This document shows positions 38,093-46,832 of a DNA stretch of 64,000 bases, piece by piece. The stretch comes from a virus (lineage: Duplodnaviria > Heunggongvirae > Uroviricota > Caudoviricetes). Position 1 is the stretch's first letter. Each line of letters starts with the position of its first letter. The notes beneath the pieces are model-generated. The model had not been told where the DNA came from, searched no databases, and worked only from the letters and a program-made list of their open reading frames with translations. The DNA lies in IMG/VR virus record IMGVR_UViG_3300027156_000002. One strand, given 5' to 3'. A program made the position numbers and the translations under genes.

Positions 38093-38200
38093 TTAAACCA
38101 GAACACGCAAAATGCTCGCTGCAACGTAAGCCACTGCAGAGATCACACCCCAAGACCAAGCGAAATAAACAACAGTAACCAGACCGATCAATTTCAACAT
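38093..38200 (-). CDS. Small hydrophobic peptide (35 aa)
   Basis: MLKLIGLVTVVYFAWSWG..; AAGGA SD upstream. Confidence 0.4.
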   Translation of the reverse strand: MLKLIGLVTVVYFAWSWGVISAVAYVAASILRVLV

Positions 38201-38316
38201 TTTTGTGTCCTTTCTTTCGACTACAGAGGGAGTATACTCCAATTGCAATTTTCTGTAAAGCACTTTCGCAAAAGACCCTGTACAGTGTAGGGTCATAGTG
38301 GAGTACCCCACCCCCA

Positions 38317-39249
38317 TTAAGCAGTCAACATGTAAGTAGCCAGATCTTTCCAGTCAGTGTTGGAAGCACGAACCTTGGAAACCGAGATCAGTGTACGGAG
38401 ACTGATTTCCTTGCACTCGGCACTGATTTCACGAATCAGACCCAACGCATCACGAACGATCTGCTTGTCGTACTCAGGGAGAAACTCGTCAGACAGAGCG
38501 ATCGTTTCCATACGCTCGATTTTCTGCTCAGTGGTCATGGACAGATCGATCATCATGGAACGACTACGAATGGCTTGGTCAATCTTACCATCGTCCATGT
38601 TAGAGATGAAAATTACACGACCTTCGAAATTGAAGCTACGTGGCAGATCTTCGTCTTTCATATCGGCATTCCAGGAGATGATACGCTTACCGTAAGAATC
38701 AAGGGCTGATTTCAACAGGTTCAACGCAACTGGGTCTTTCAGAACAGAGTCACAGTCATCGAACACGATAATGGACTTGTTGTTTTCGAACAGAGTACGG
38801 TAGAGACCTTTAGGAGTCGAGTAACCCTTAACCATGGTGAAGCACTTGCGAGTGTTAATCACAGAGCCCACTTGGAAGTCAGCCAGATCGCTAATGTCTT
38901 TGTAACCCTTGTTTTCAAGAGTCTTGGTCACAGTGTAGGTCTTACCGAGACCACCTTCGCCAGTGATAATGGCAGAGGGCTGAACAGAGTCAGCAACCAT
39001 ACCGACCAACTTCTCAACAAACGAGAAACGCTGATTGATGTCAAATTTGGTAGACTTGGACTCTTCGATAGGAGTGCTACCAACGATAAGATTGAAAGGA
39101 GCTTTCACACCAGTGATTTTCTTGTAGTGAAACTCGACAACTTCCTCAAGACCACGACCAGTTTTGCCAGTGGTGACTTTCTTATCACCGAGCATAATGA
39201 TAGATTTACCATCACGGAGGGTCTTAATGGAGATTTTTAGAGTATTCAC
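38317..39249 (-). CDS. AAA+ ATPase (early gene)
   Basis: Walker A GEGGLGKT, Walker B IIVFDD, ISN, RSRS. GTG start at 39249 follows an AAAGGA SD; the track's longer start lies upstream of the promoter. Confidence 0.85.
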   Translation of the reverse strand: MNTLKISIKTLRDGKSIIMLGDKKVTTGKTGRGLEEVVEFHYKKITGVKAPFNLIVGSTPIEESKSTKFDINQRFSFVEKLVGMVADSVQPSAIITGEGGLGKTYTVTKTLENKGYKDISDLADFQVGSVINTRKCFTMVKGYSTPKGLYRTLFENNKSIIVFDDCDSVLKDPVALNLLKSALDSYGKRIISWNADMKDEDLPRSFNFEGRVIFISNMDDGKIDQAIRSRSMMIDLSMTTEQKIERMETIALSDEFLPEYDKQIVRDALGLIREISAECKEISLRTLISVSKVRASNTDWKDLATYMLTA

Positions 39250-39279
39250 AGAGTTCCTTTCACATTTCATCATAAGACT

Positions 39280-39385
39280 ATTATACGGCAGATCTGAATT
39301 GTTGTAAAGGACTTTTTTCACAGCAAAAACTCGTTTAAAATCAACGACTTAGACTCGAAAATAACCCTACAGACTACAGGGTTAT
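39280..39385 (-). promoter_or_regulatory. Early promoter cassette, second copy (IHF consensus and palindrome)
   Basis: TTTACA-17-TATAAT 39308-39280; AATCAACGACTTA 39339-39351; ATAACCCT-N9-AGGGTTAT 39361-39385. Confidence 0.75.
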
Positions 39386-39506
39386 CGCTTTTCTGGTCTA
39401 AAAACATCTCAAAATCAGGATTTCTACTCTTTTTATCAACCCTAACACCGTAAGTTTACCCTAAAGTCAAATAAAAATCAAATTTATTTCACAAAAAGTC
39501 TTGCAA

Positions 39507-39845
39507 TCAGTCTTTTTCGGTCCAAAGGTCGCCTGAAGCCACGAACTGATTCACAGGGAGAGCAGGTTTCATGGGTTCAAGGTAGATATCATTGGGATCA
39601 GTGAGTAATTCTTCGTGTTTGGGTAGGGTTTTATTACGTGCAGCCAGTTGATTTCGAGTAAGTACTTCCCATTCTCCAGGGGTTTTCTCTCGATTGGCAT
39701 GTGATTTTGCTTGAGCATGAGACATATTGGCTTTCTGTGTCTCGGTAATAGTACGACCACGATTAGAGCAGGACTTTGAGCAGTACGGTCCACGCTTTTT
39801 ATGCTGAGTAGAACAGTATGGGCAGGTCTTTTGGCGATAAGTCAT
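39507..39845 (-). CDS. Cys-motif (Zn-binding) hypothetical protein
   Basis: CPYC..RGPYCSKSC. Confidence 0.6.
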   Translation of the reverse strand: MTYRQKTCPYCSTQHKKRGPYCSKSCSNRGRTITETQKANMSHAQAKSHANREKTPGEWEVLTRNQLAARNKTLPKHEELLTDPNDIYLEPMKPALPVNQFVASGDLWTEKD

Positions 39846-40043
39846 AATAATTGCGGTAGTAGAACACAATCCTCACTTTTACTCTTTTTCATTTTCTCCT
39901 CACCTTAAATAATCCCCAGCGAGATTCCTTCATGTATTCATCTCCGTAGCAATCCACATAGAGCGATACCATTTTACCTGATACGCTGTCTCTGAATAGA
40001 TTACATTTCCATTGCAAGGATAGATAAGATTTAATGGCTTTCA

Positions 40044-40265
40044 TTACCAATGGCTTTCATCAGTTATATTGGTAGTCCACTCTCCCCAGCGATCTGCTTG
40101 CTTTACAGGGAAAGTTGCTTTAAGTATTGAACCGATACCACTTGAGTTATCCATGGTAATTGTAACTGTACCACTTGCAAGTAATAGAGTATCGGGTGGG
40201 TTCAGTGTTTCCACCAGTTCCAGTAGTTCTTTCAGTTCTCTATGATGTAGGGTTATATGTTGCAT
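40044..40265 (-). CDS. Hypothetical protein
   Basis: 73-aa ORF. Confidence 0.55.
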   Translation of the reverse strand: MQHITLHHRELKELLELVETLNPPDTLLLASGTVTITMDNSSGIGSILKATFPVKQADRWGEWTTNITDESHW

Positions 40266-40434
40266 TGTTTCTCTCTTGGTAATATCGATATATTCTTACT
40301 TGCCACTCGAATCTTCTTGGTTCTTGCTCTGGGTTAGCCAGCTTATCTCCGTAGTGTTCTTGGAGTTTATTGTAATAATTGGTTACTTCTTCGTCAGTCA
40401 TGGGCAAACCTCGCTTCGCTTAGAGAATAGTATA

Positions 40435-40821
40435 TCATAATTCATTTGGCTTCCAGCTATCCCAGTCGTAGTTTCGTTTCTTTGCAAACTCTTGTTGCTT
40501 CTCATGAGTGGATAATGAATATTGAATGGTTTCTTCCGTGTTTTGTTGTGCGCCAGCATGGAGATTGAGCAGTGCAATTGACTTCATAATACCTGACTTT
40601 ACACCAACGTGGAAACCCAGATCTCGTGGGCTCATTCCTTCAGTTGATAATGCATTGAGGCGATACCATTCTTTACGTAGAATATTAATCTGTTCTTTGT
40701 GTTCCATTTGAGTGTCTGTCTCTCTGTTCATCGATATTTTGGAATAATTTCTGTTCTTGAATAGTGAGTTCTTTAAAGGTTTTTCTTGGATTGGCACACA
40801 TGTGGCACTTTGGATTACCAC
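40435..40821 (-). CDS. Hypothetical protein (true start probably downstream)
   Basis: Open frame; the 5' part overlaps the upstream ORF. Confidence 0.45.
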   Translation of the reverse strand: MVIQSATCVPIQEKPLKNSLFKNRNYSKISMNRETDTQMEHKEQINILRKEWYRLNALSTEGMSPRDLGFHVGVKSGIMKSIALLNLHAGAQQNTEETIQYSLSTHEKQQEFAKKRNYDWDSWKPNEL

Positions 40822-40963
40822 AGTTCATTGGTGATTTCTTTGCAAGTCTATGGGGATCGTCCACTGGTACGTGGTTTTGTTTGGCTATTCGAGTTTCTTT
40901 TCGAATATGATTTTCTTTTTGTTGGAGTCGCTTGGAATGTTTGATTTTGGATTCTTCGTCCAT
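40685..40963 (-). CDS. Basic Cys-containing hypothetical protein
   Basis: HRLAKK..CGNPKCHMCANPRK. Confidence 0.65.
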   Translation of the reverse strand: MDEESKIKHSKRLQQKENHIRKETRIAKQNHVPVDDPHRLAKKSPMNCGNPKCHMCANPRKTFKELTIQEQKLFQNIDEQRDRHSNGTQRTD

Positions 40964-40980
40964 GATTCACCTCGCTTCGC

Positions 40981-41175
40981 TTAGTTGGATTTGTTTTCGA
41001 TCTTTGTGCAGGTCAGATGATCCGTGAGTTCACAGCGTTCCATGCTACCATTTTGTGTATTGAAACGATAAACCTTATTCTCGTGGATTGTATAGGAAAA
41101 CTTTGCGTTGTCCACTGCTGGCATGGATACTTGATAACCCAGCAGTGCAACCATAAGTGCTGTCAGTGCGATCAT
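40981..41175 (-). CDS. Small exported hypothetical protein
   Basis: Signal-like N-terminus; YRFNTQNGSMERC. Confidence 0.55.
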   Translation of the reverse strand: MIALTALMVALLGYQVSMPAVDNAKFSYTIHENKVYRFNTQNGSMERCELTDHLTCTKIENKSN

Positions 41176-41390
41176 TTTTGCTCCAGTTTGTTGATTCTCA
41201 GGGATAAATCTCTGGTCTCTGATATAGATTGATTGTGTATCATTTGTAGTCTGTCATGAATACGCTTGAGTTTGATATAGACCATGACGAAACCAAGGAT
41301 AAGAACAGTGGCTGTAACACCCAGTCCAGCGATTACACCAGTGATCCATGACCATAATGAACCGACCTCTGCAATGATATTGGTCAGCAT
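41172..41390 (-). CDS. Small membrane protein with coiled-coil tail
   Basis: One long TM segment. Confidence 0.55.
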   Translation of the reverse strand: MLTNIIAEVGSLWSWITGVIAGLGVTATVLILGFVMVYIKLKRIHDRLQMIHNQSISETRDLSLRINKLEQK

Positions 41391-41486
41391 GGAGTGATTG
41401 AAATTAGTCGTTTACCAAGGTCGTTGGCGAACTTTGTTGCAGTTGCTTCGTCTTTGAATAACTTAACCAGAGCTACAGTGTGTCGT

Positions 41487-41672
41487 TCATTGGTGTCTGG
41501 CACGTACTTTACTTTCCACATAATACATCCTTTCGTTCAAATGTTTCCTACACGTTTTCAGATAGATTGGCTTACCTGTCTTACCTTTGGCTCCAAATGC
41601 TTGTGCAAACCGATCGCATCCTTTATGTTTGCAGAGTGGAGGTGGATTATTGAGTAGATCCGCCATAGACAT
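41487..41672 (-). CDS. Small Cys/His hypothetical protein
   Basis: CKHKGC..CRKH. Confidence 0.5.
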   Translation of the reverse strand: MSMADLLNNPPPLCKHKGCDRFAQAFGAKGKTGKPIYLKTCRKHLNERMYYVESKVRARHQ

Positions 41673-41786
41673 TGGATTCTAGCTGTCTCACTCGTTCATT
41701 GGCTTGTGCCAATAATTGTTCCAACTCTTTAATGCGTTGAGCCATCGCTAGGATGGCTTCGGTTTCTTGTTGCTGTAGGGTTTTCA

Positions 41787-41969
41787 TTACTCAGTCATAA
41801 CATCAGTTGGATTTGCAATAATCAAACCACCATTTTCATCGATGGCGTAGACTTGTCCCCAGACTGCTTCGTTACCTTGATATTCCATTACCTGTGTCTT
41901 CACTGTTGCTTTGATACCTTTGATGGTGACTTTGTCGCCTTCGTTGAATGTTGGGTTTCCGATTGACAT
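41787..41969 (-). CDS. Hypothetical protein
   Basis: 60-aa ORF with AGGAG SD. Confidence 0.55.
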   Translation of the reverse strand: MSIGNPTFNEGDKVTIKGIKATVKTQVMEYQGNEAVWGQVYAIDENGGLIIANPTDVMTE

Positions 41970-42131
41970 TTCATTTTCTCCTAAAAAAATTATTTATGGC
42001 TTGTAGTAAATTATAGAATCGAGACCAATGGGGTGGATGGTGCGGACATCTACCCTGTCTCCAGTCGCAATCTGACTGGTAGTATCGTCCGCAGACTTTG
42101 CATCGATCCATTCCGTCAGTTGGAAAAGGTT

Positions 42132-43016
42132 TCATTTACTGGCTTCCTCGATTTCTTTGCGATATCTGTTTTGTTGTATACGTACCACGCTGACAGATGC
42201 TTTGTAAAACTCTTCTGCTGATTCAGTTGGGACTTTCATACCTGACAACTTAAAGAGTTCATCCGCTCCAATCTTATTCTGAGCATCGTTCAGAATAATT
42301 GAGATAACTTTACGCTTGGCAGGGTTCATGTCTTTGTGAGCCACAGTAATATTGAATACGTATGGTGCTTTAATTCCGTTTTCTCCTAGTGTCTTCAGCT
42401 TGGGTGCTTGTGGCAGTCTGGATGGGCAGGATGCTGCAAATGCTTCCAGTTTTGGATTCTTGGTCTTCATGGACTCATACGCTTCATAGCGATCCACGAC
42501 CATGGTCACACCATTATTTCCAGCCATGTTAATCAATGCATCGTTGTTGGACTTGAAAACGATATAGCGAACTGGAAACTTATATTTCTCGCCCATTGCC
42601 AGTCCAGTCAGGTGTGCTGCATTACCGAAACCTACACCACCAATAGTCATCTCTTTGATACCTTTGACTGGTCCATTGGTAATCACTACCCAACATGCAT
42701 CGCCCTGTGCGTGGATAGGGATATAATCTTCTTCCTTTACTGCACCTTTGTTTACGTTCTCAACGAATGCTGGTGCAATAATAGCCAGACTGTTCTCGTC
42801 CATGGATTTCAGTGCAATAACCTGATTACCTCCAGGTTTGAATTCAAGGATAAACTTGTAAATGTTCTGTGACTTGTTGGCTTCATCCACGATACGTAGC
42901 ATTCCTGGAGTTCCAGAATGCGATGGACTGTATGGTGAGTAAATTCTAACTGTCTCTTGTGCGTATACGTTCAGACTAAACAACGCACCGATAATTAAAC
43001 TGGCTAACTTCATCAA
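42132..43016 (-). CDS. Bug/TctC-family tripartite tricarboxylate transporter substrate-binding protein
   Basis: Signal peptide; VRIYSPYSP, FKPGGNQVIA, GGVGFGNAAHL, SRLPQAP.LKTLGE.GI. Confidence 0.75.
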   Translation of the reverse strand: MMKLASLIIGALFSLNVYAQETVRIYSPYSPSHSGTPGMLRIVDEANKSQNIYKFILEFKPGGNQVIALKSMDENSLAIIAPAFVENVNKGAVKEEDYIPIHAQGDACWVVITNGPVKGIKEMTIGGVGFGNAAHLTGLAMGEKYKFPVRYIVFKSNNDALINMAGNNGVTMVVDRYEAYESMKTKNPKLEAFAASCPSRLPQAPKLKTLGENGIKAPYVFNITVAHKDMNPAKRKVISIILNDAQNKIGADELFKLSGMKVPTESAEEFYKASVSVVRIQQNRYRKEIEEASK

Positions 43017-43198
43017 CCACCTCTCCCTGCTGCTCGTGTAACTGGTTTATTTGAAGCAATACGTCCAACTGCTTTCTTGACTGCACTGCTGGCTTCTTTC
43101 TTACTCATGCCATATTCCTTCATAGCATTATTACGTGCTTTCTTTTTGGCTTTCTTAAGCAATTTCTTTGCTTCCCACTGCTCTTTAAATGTACTCAT
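43013..43198 (-). CDS. Small basic protein
   Basis: Lys/Ala-rich; lies below a consensus TTGACA-17-TATAAT promoter (43246-43218). Confidence 0.6.
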   Translation of the reverse strand: MSTFKEQWEAKKLLKKAKKKARNNAMKEYGMSKKEASSAVKKAVGRIASNKPVTRAAGRGG

Positions 43199-43235
43199 AT
43201 TTTAATCTCCTGTAACAATTATACTACAACCTCGT

Positions 43236-43940
43236 TTATTTGTCAAATACAAAACCAAACGTATAGCTGGTTTCAGATTTTGCAAGTTCATTGCAAGATT
43301 CCATAATACCATAGTAAGTGTATTCTTTTGCAATAATACTTTCTCCCACGTTCACTGCTATAACTCTGTCTGGTTTTAATTGGCTCACAACATCACATAA
43401 ACTTACATTGTATATATTTTGTAGACACGAGAATATGGTGACCTTATTTCTATCTATACTTTGGTTATGCATGAGAACGAAGTCGTCATAATAATTTCTA
43501 ATTTCTGTCTGCAAACCAGTCATCTCGCCAATAAGTTCAGCTGCTATTTGTGGTGCACCTTTGGTGTCAATAACTTCAATATCATCATAAGCAGATAATA
43601 ACACTTTACTTATTGCATCATCCAAATATGGACTGCCAGGAGTAAATAACACTGCACGTTCAAACAATAATTCAGAGTGCAGTTTCTTTAACTGGCTCAA
43701 TAAGTTTATGGTTGCTTTGGCAGGATCTCTATCTGAATCCCATATATTAAGAACTGTATAATCAACACCCATATTATGTATTATCTTATATCCTGCAGGT
43801 GCATTCTTTTCGTCATTACTAACCATAATGCCGATCCAATTTTTGTTCTGCTTCAGACTGGTTACTATATCACGAAACTCTTGCGTTACAGTTGCGTTGG
43901 TAATTGGTAAACCAACTCTGCTTATATCATATCTACTCAT
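43236..43940 (-). CDS. Possible tetrapyrrole-methylase-fold (class III SAM) protein
   Basis: AVLFTPGSPYLDD..IEVI resembles the GDP-loop region of TP methylases; weak. Confidence 0.35.
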   Translation of the reverse strand: MSRYDISRVGLPITNATVTQEFRDIVTSLKQNKNWIGIMVSNDEKNAPAGYKIIHNMGVDYTVLNIWDSDRDPAKATINLLSQLKKLHSELLFERAVLFTPGSPYLDDAISKVLLSAYDDIEVIDTKGAPQIAAELIGEMTGLQTEIRNYYDDFVLMHNQSIDRNKVTIFSCLQNIYNVSLCDVVSQLKPDRVIAVNVGESIIAKEYTYYGIMESCNELAKSETSYTFGFVFDK

Positions 43941-44193
43941 CGAATTTAATCTTATTCAAGATTGGATCGTCTGGATGTTCTTCCTTCATTCTCTTGATAA
44001 AATCAACTACCTTTTGCAGCACGATAAACCCAAACAACTGTGGTATAAATGCATGCAATAACATTGCCAATGCCCAAATAATAAACACCAGTGCCATGTG
44101 CAATGCCCAGAACATGTGTTTAAAATAGAACAACAATCCTGTCGTTGTTCTGGAATATTTGGCTGCTTCTTTTAAATGATTTTCAAACCACAT
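43933..44193 (-). CDS. DUF6356-like small membrane protein
   Basis: HL..YFKHMFWA..LLHAFIPQLF. Confidence 0.55.
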   Translation of the reverse strand: MWFENHLKEAAKYSRTTTGLLFYFKHMFWALHMALVFIIWALAMLLHAFIPQLFGFIVLQKVVDFIKRMKEEHPDDPILNKIKFDE

Positions 44194-44194
44194 A

Positions 44195-44719
44195 TTAGTA
44201 TTCAGTTATGTTTAGGGTTTTCATAAAACTTAAAGTATCCTCGTAGGAAGATTCTCTAACACACAAACTTAATATAATTCTTTCTTCATTACATGGATTG
44301 ACTACGCAATGTTCTTTCTTAACATTTAAAATTGTAGGTTTACCGATGATGTATTTAACTGTATGTGTCTTATAATATATGATTTCTTTAACATCATACA
44401 TTGGTTTTCTGTATAATGCAACTGCATTATCACCTTGTTTGATTACAAAGTTAATGGAGCATTTCCTAATGTCTTTGTCGATATGCCAATTATAGAATGT
44501 GTTTGGTGGATTCTTAATCCAGAGAGCAGTAACTTCTCCTATGTTTTGCTTGAGTATTTGCATAAACTTGCTATCGTTAAACGAACACTTAGTTCCACGA
44601 AAATCATGTGGATGAAAATGTTCTTTGTAGGTAGCATTTAAAGCATCTGCGAACAAAGCTGACGATAATGTGGGATAATTTTCGAAACAGTAATAAAGAT
44701 CTTCCATTATTTCTCGCAA
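44195..44719 (-). CDS. Cupin/2OG-Fe(II) oxygenase-like protein
   Basis: WHID..CSINF..HCVVN..ERIILSL. Confidence 0.65.
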   Translation of the reverse strand: MREIMEDLYYCFENYPTLSSALFADALNATYKEHFHPHDFRGTKCSFNDSKFMQILKQNIGEVTALWIKNPPNTFYNWHIDKDIRKCSINFVIKQGDNAVALYRKPMYDVKEIIYYKTHTVKYIIGKPTILNVKKEHCVVNPCNEERIILSLCVRESSYEDTLSFMKTLNITEY

Positions 44720-46143
44720 TAAAATGTAACAAAACTAAATCTACTATTAATTATTTGAATTGACTTGAATCCTATATCTTTAAGAGTTTGCATATACCAT
44801 TCAACTGGCATCAAATTCATATATCCTTTTAATTTTTCTTCTTTCCCATATATGTATTCGTTGGTCACACCATTGTTGCGTTTGAAGTCATAATACATTT
44901 CTTTAATAATTTGATCCTGCGGTGTCTTGTCTGATAAAATAAACACACCATTGTGTTTCATATTATCGTATATATCTTGAATGTATTGTTTACGCTCATC
45001 GACAAAATGTAATGTCCAGTTTGCCAACACCATATCATAATTTCCTTTTGGCAGCTTACTTGACATAACTACTTTATGTTTGTATAAACTGTTTGTAATC
45101 ATTTCTGCTGAGTTATCAACACCAGATATATTTTTGAATCCGTCTTTTACAAAAATATCCATAGTGTGCCCCAGAGCAGAACCCACATCAATAATAGAGA
45201 TGTTTTTATCAAACTTTTTGTTGGCGACTCCAAGACACATACCAAGAACTCTCTCGTAATCTGGTATATTGGTCATTGCTTCTTGCTGGAATCGTTTTGC
45301 TACAGAATCATCAAAAGACCACTGGGGTGTTCCAGGAAGTTCTTTAAACTGTGAGGATGTGGTATTGGATTGTAAAGAAACTTTTTTAGTTTCCTGTTTT
45401 TTAAATCTACCGATGTATCTCTCAACTGTAATCGTGGACGCATCTTTGGAGCTATCAGTTTTATAATCATAAATCGGTGTATTGTATGCATCTAAACTTG
45501 AATTTATTTTTTCTGGTTCAAGTTTACCACCATCGTTAACGAATCCATTTTCATGTAAGATAAATGATACTGCTTTAAATCCAGCAATAGCAGTAAATCC
45601 TTCAGAATATCTGTAATTACTTTCTGGTGTTTCTTTTGGAACAACCATTCTGTATGGCTTAAACTCAATTCTTGGGTATACTGGTTCTTCTACTTCCATA
45701 GATTCAATAATGATATATTCATTTGCTACAAGACTCATATGTCTAATAAGTTCAATTACATCAGTGAATCCATGAATCACTCCTGCAGCTATAATTATAT
45801 CGTATTTGTCATTCAAATAAGATGCGTCTCTTAAAAATTGTAAAGCATCCTTTTCAATTATAGAAAAATTTGTATGATATTTCGATAACATCTGACTAGA
45901 TGAACGTGCGAACTCTTTTTGTAATTCAACACCAGTGTAATTTTTAGCACCATTCATTAATGCCCATTGACCATATGCACCATAACAACTACCAAGATCT
46001 AAAATGGTTTTACCTTCGATTAACCATTTAGGTAAACTCACCTCACATCGTTTAGTCATAGTTTCATAATTAACCTGAACCATGGAACGATCTTTTCTTG
46101 GATCGGCATCAACAAATTCTTTATACTTCTCGAAGAACATCAT
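44707..46143 (-). CDS. Two-domain class I SAM enzyme: N-terminal CmoB-like plus C-terminal CmoA-like (carboxy-SAM synthase)
   Basis: C-domain WSFDDSVA..IPDY..DVGSALG..GVDNSAEM..NWTLHF..LSDK..YDFKRNNG matches the CmoA pattern closely. N-domain GKTILDLGS..GVIH..IIES is CmoB-like (weaker). Confidence 0.72.
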   Translation of the reverse strand: MMFFEKYKEFVDADPRKDRSMVQVNYETMTKRCEVSLPKWLIEGKTILDLGSCYGAYGQWALMNGAKNYTGVELQKEFARSSSQMLSKYHTNFSIIEKDALQFLRDASYLNDKYDIIIAAGVIHGFTDVIELIRHMSLVANEYIIIESMEVEEPVYPRIEFKPYRMVVPKETPESNYRYSEGFTAIAGFKAVSFILHENGFVNDGGKLEPEKINSSLDAYNTPIYDYKTDSSKDASTITVERYIGRFKKQETKKVSLQSNTTSSQFKELPGTPQWSFDDSVAKRFQQEAMTNIPDYERVLGMCLGVANKKFDKNISIIDVGSALGHTMDIFVKDGFKNISGVDNSAEMITNSLYKHKVVMSSKLPKGNYDMVLANWTLHFVDERKQYIQDIYDNMKHNGVFILSDKTPQDQIIKEMYYDFKRNNGVTNEYIYGKEEKLKGYMNLMPVEWYMQTLKDIGFKSIQIINSRFSFVTFYCEK

Positions 46144-46832
46144 ACCTCGATACTCCCCATTTTATATACTTGTTGTTCATTCTTCTCAAGTTCTTTAATG
46201 AAGTCTGAGTGCTTCCAATGAATATTGGATACAACTGCGTTTCTATAATCATAACGTGCGTTATCATAATCAGTCGGCTCAACGAAGTGAACCAGATAAC
46301 CTGGATGAATAACCATCAGTCCACGTTCAACAGCAATGCGTTTGAATGGTGTAAATTGATTGTGCCACATAACACCACCACGTGGATCAAGTAACACCAA
46401 ATTACCTGCGTTGCGTTTAGGTACTGTGAGATAGATAATACCTACACCCAAAGTCTGGGCATGCTTGTGTGGTGAAATGCGATACACACTGTTCTGTTTG
46501 ATATCTCTGAAGTAACCCTTCGAGCAGAACAATGGTGGCAATGGCATCTCAGTTAGTGGGCGATAGTATTTGTCTGTTAACTCAACAAACTTTTTCTCTA
46601 CTTCTCTAAAACTATCAGGTAGATCTGGTAGTTCCCATATATTAGTTTTGTTAAATGTAGCAGGTGATCCTGGCTTCAACAAATATTTCGTATCAGCTTC
46701 CAGTTGTTGAATAAATTCTTCAGTGAATGGTCTGGCTGTGACGACTGGTGTCTGCCAAAGATTATGTACCTCATCAACAACTTCATCGTTATGTCTTACA
46801 TAAGTGATTGGTTTCTGTTCCATTGATTCCAT
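46140..46832 (-). CDS. 2OG-Fe(II) oxygenase (TIGR02466-like)
   Basis: PHKH..IIYL..GNLVLLDPRG..PGYLVHFVEP..RNAVVSN. Confidence 0.78.
   Translation of the reverse strand: MESMEQKPITYVRHNDEVVDEVHNLWQTPVVTARPFTEEFIQQLEADTKYLLKPGSPATFNKTNIWELPDLPDSFREVEKKFVELTDKYYRPLTEMPLPPLFCSKGYFRDIKQNSVYRISPHKHAQTLGVGIIYLTVPKRNAGNLVLLDPRGGVMWHNQFTPFKRIAVERGLMVIHPGYLVHFVEPTDYDNARYDYRNAVVSNIHWKHSDFIKELEKNEQQVYKMGSIEV

Noticed and set aside
39250-39321. N-terminal extension of the AAA ATPase in the ORF track
   Set aside because: It overlaps the promoter; a GTG with a good SD at 39249 is more plausible.
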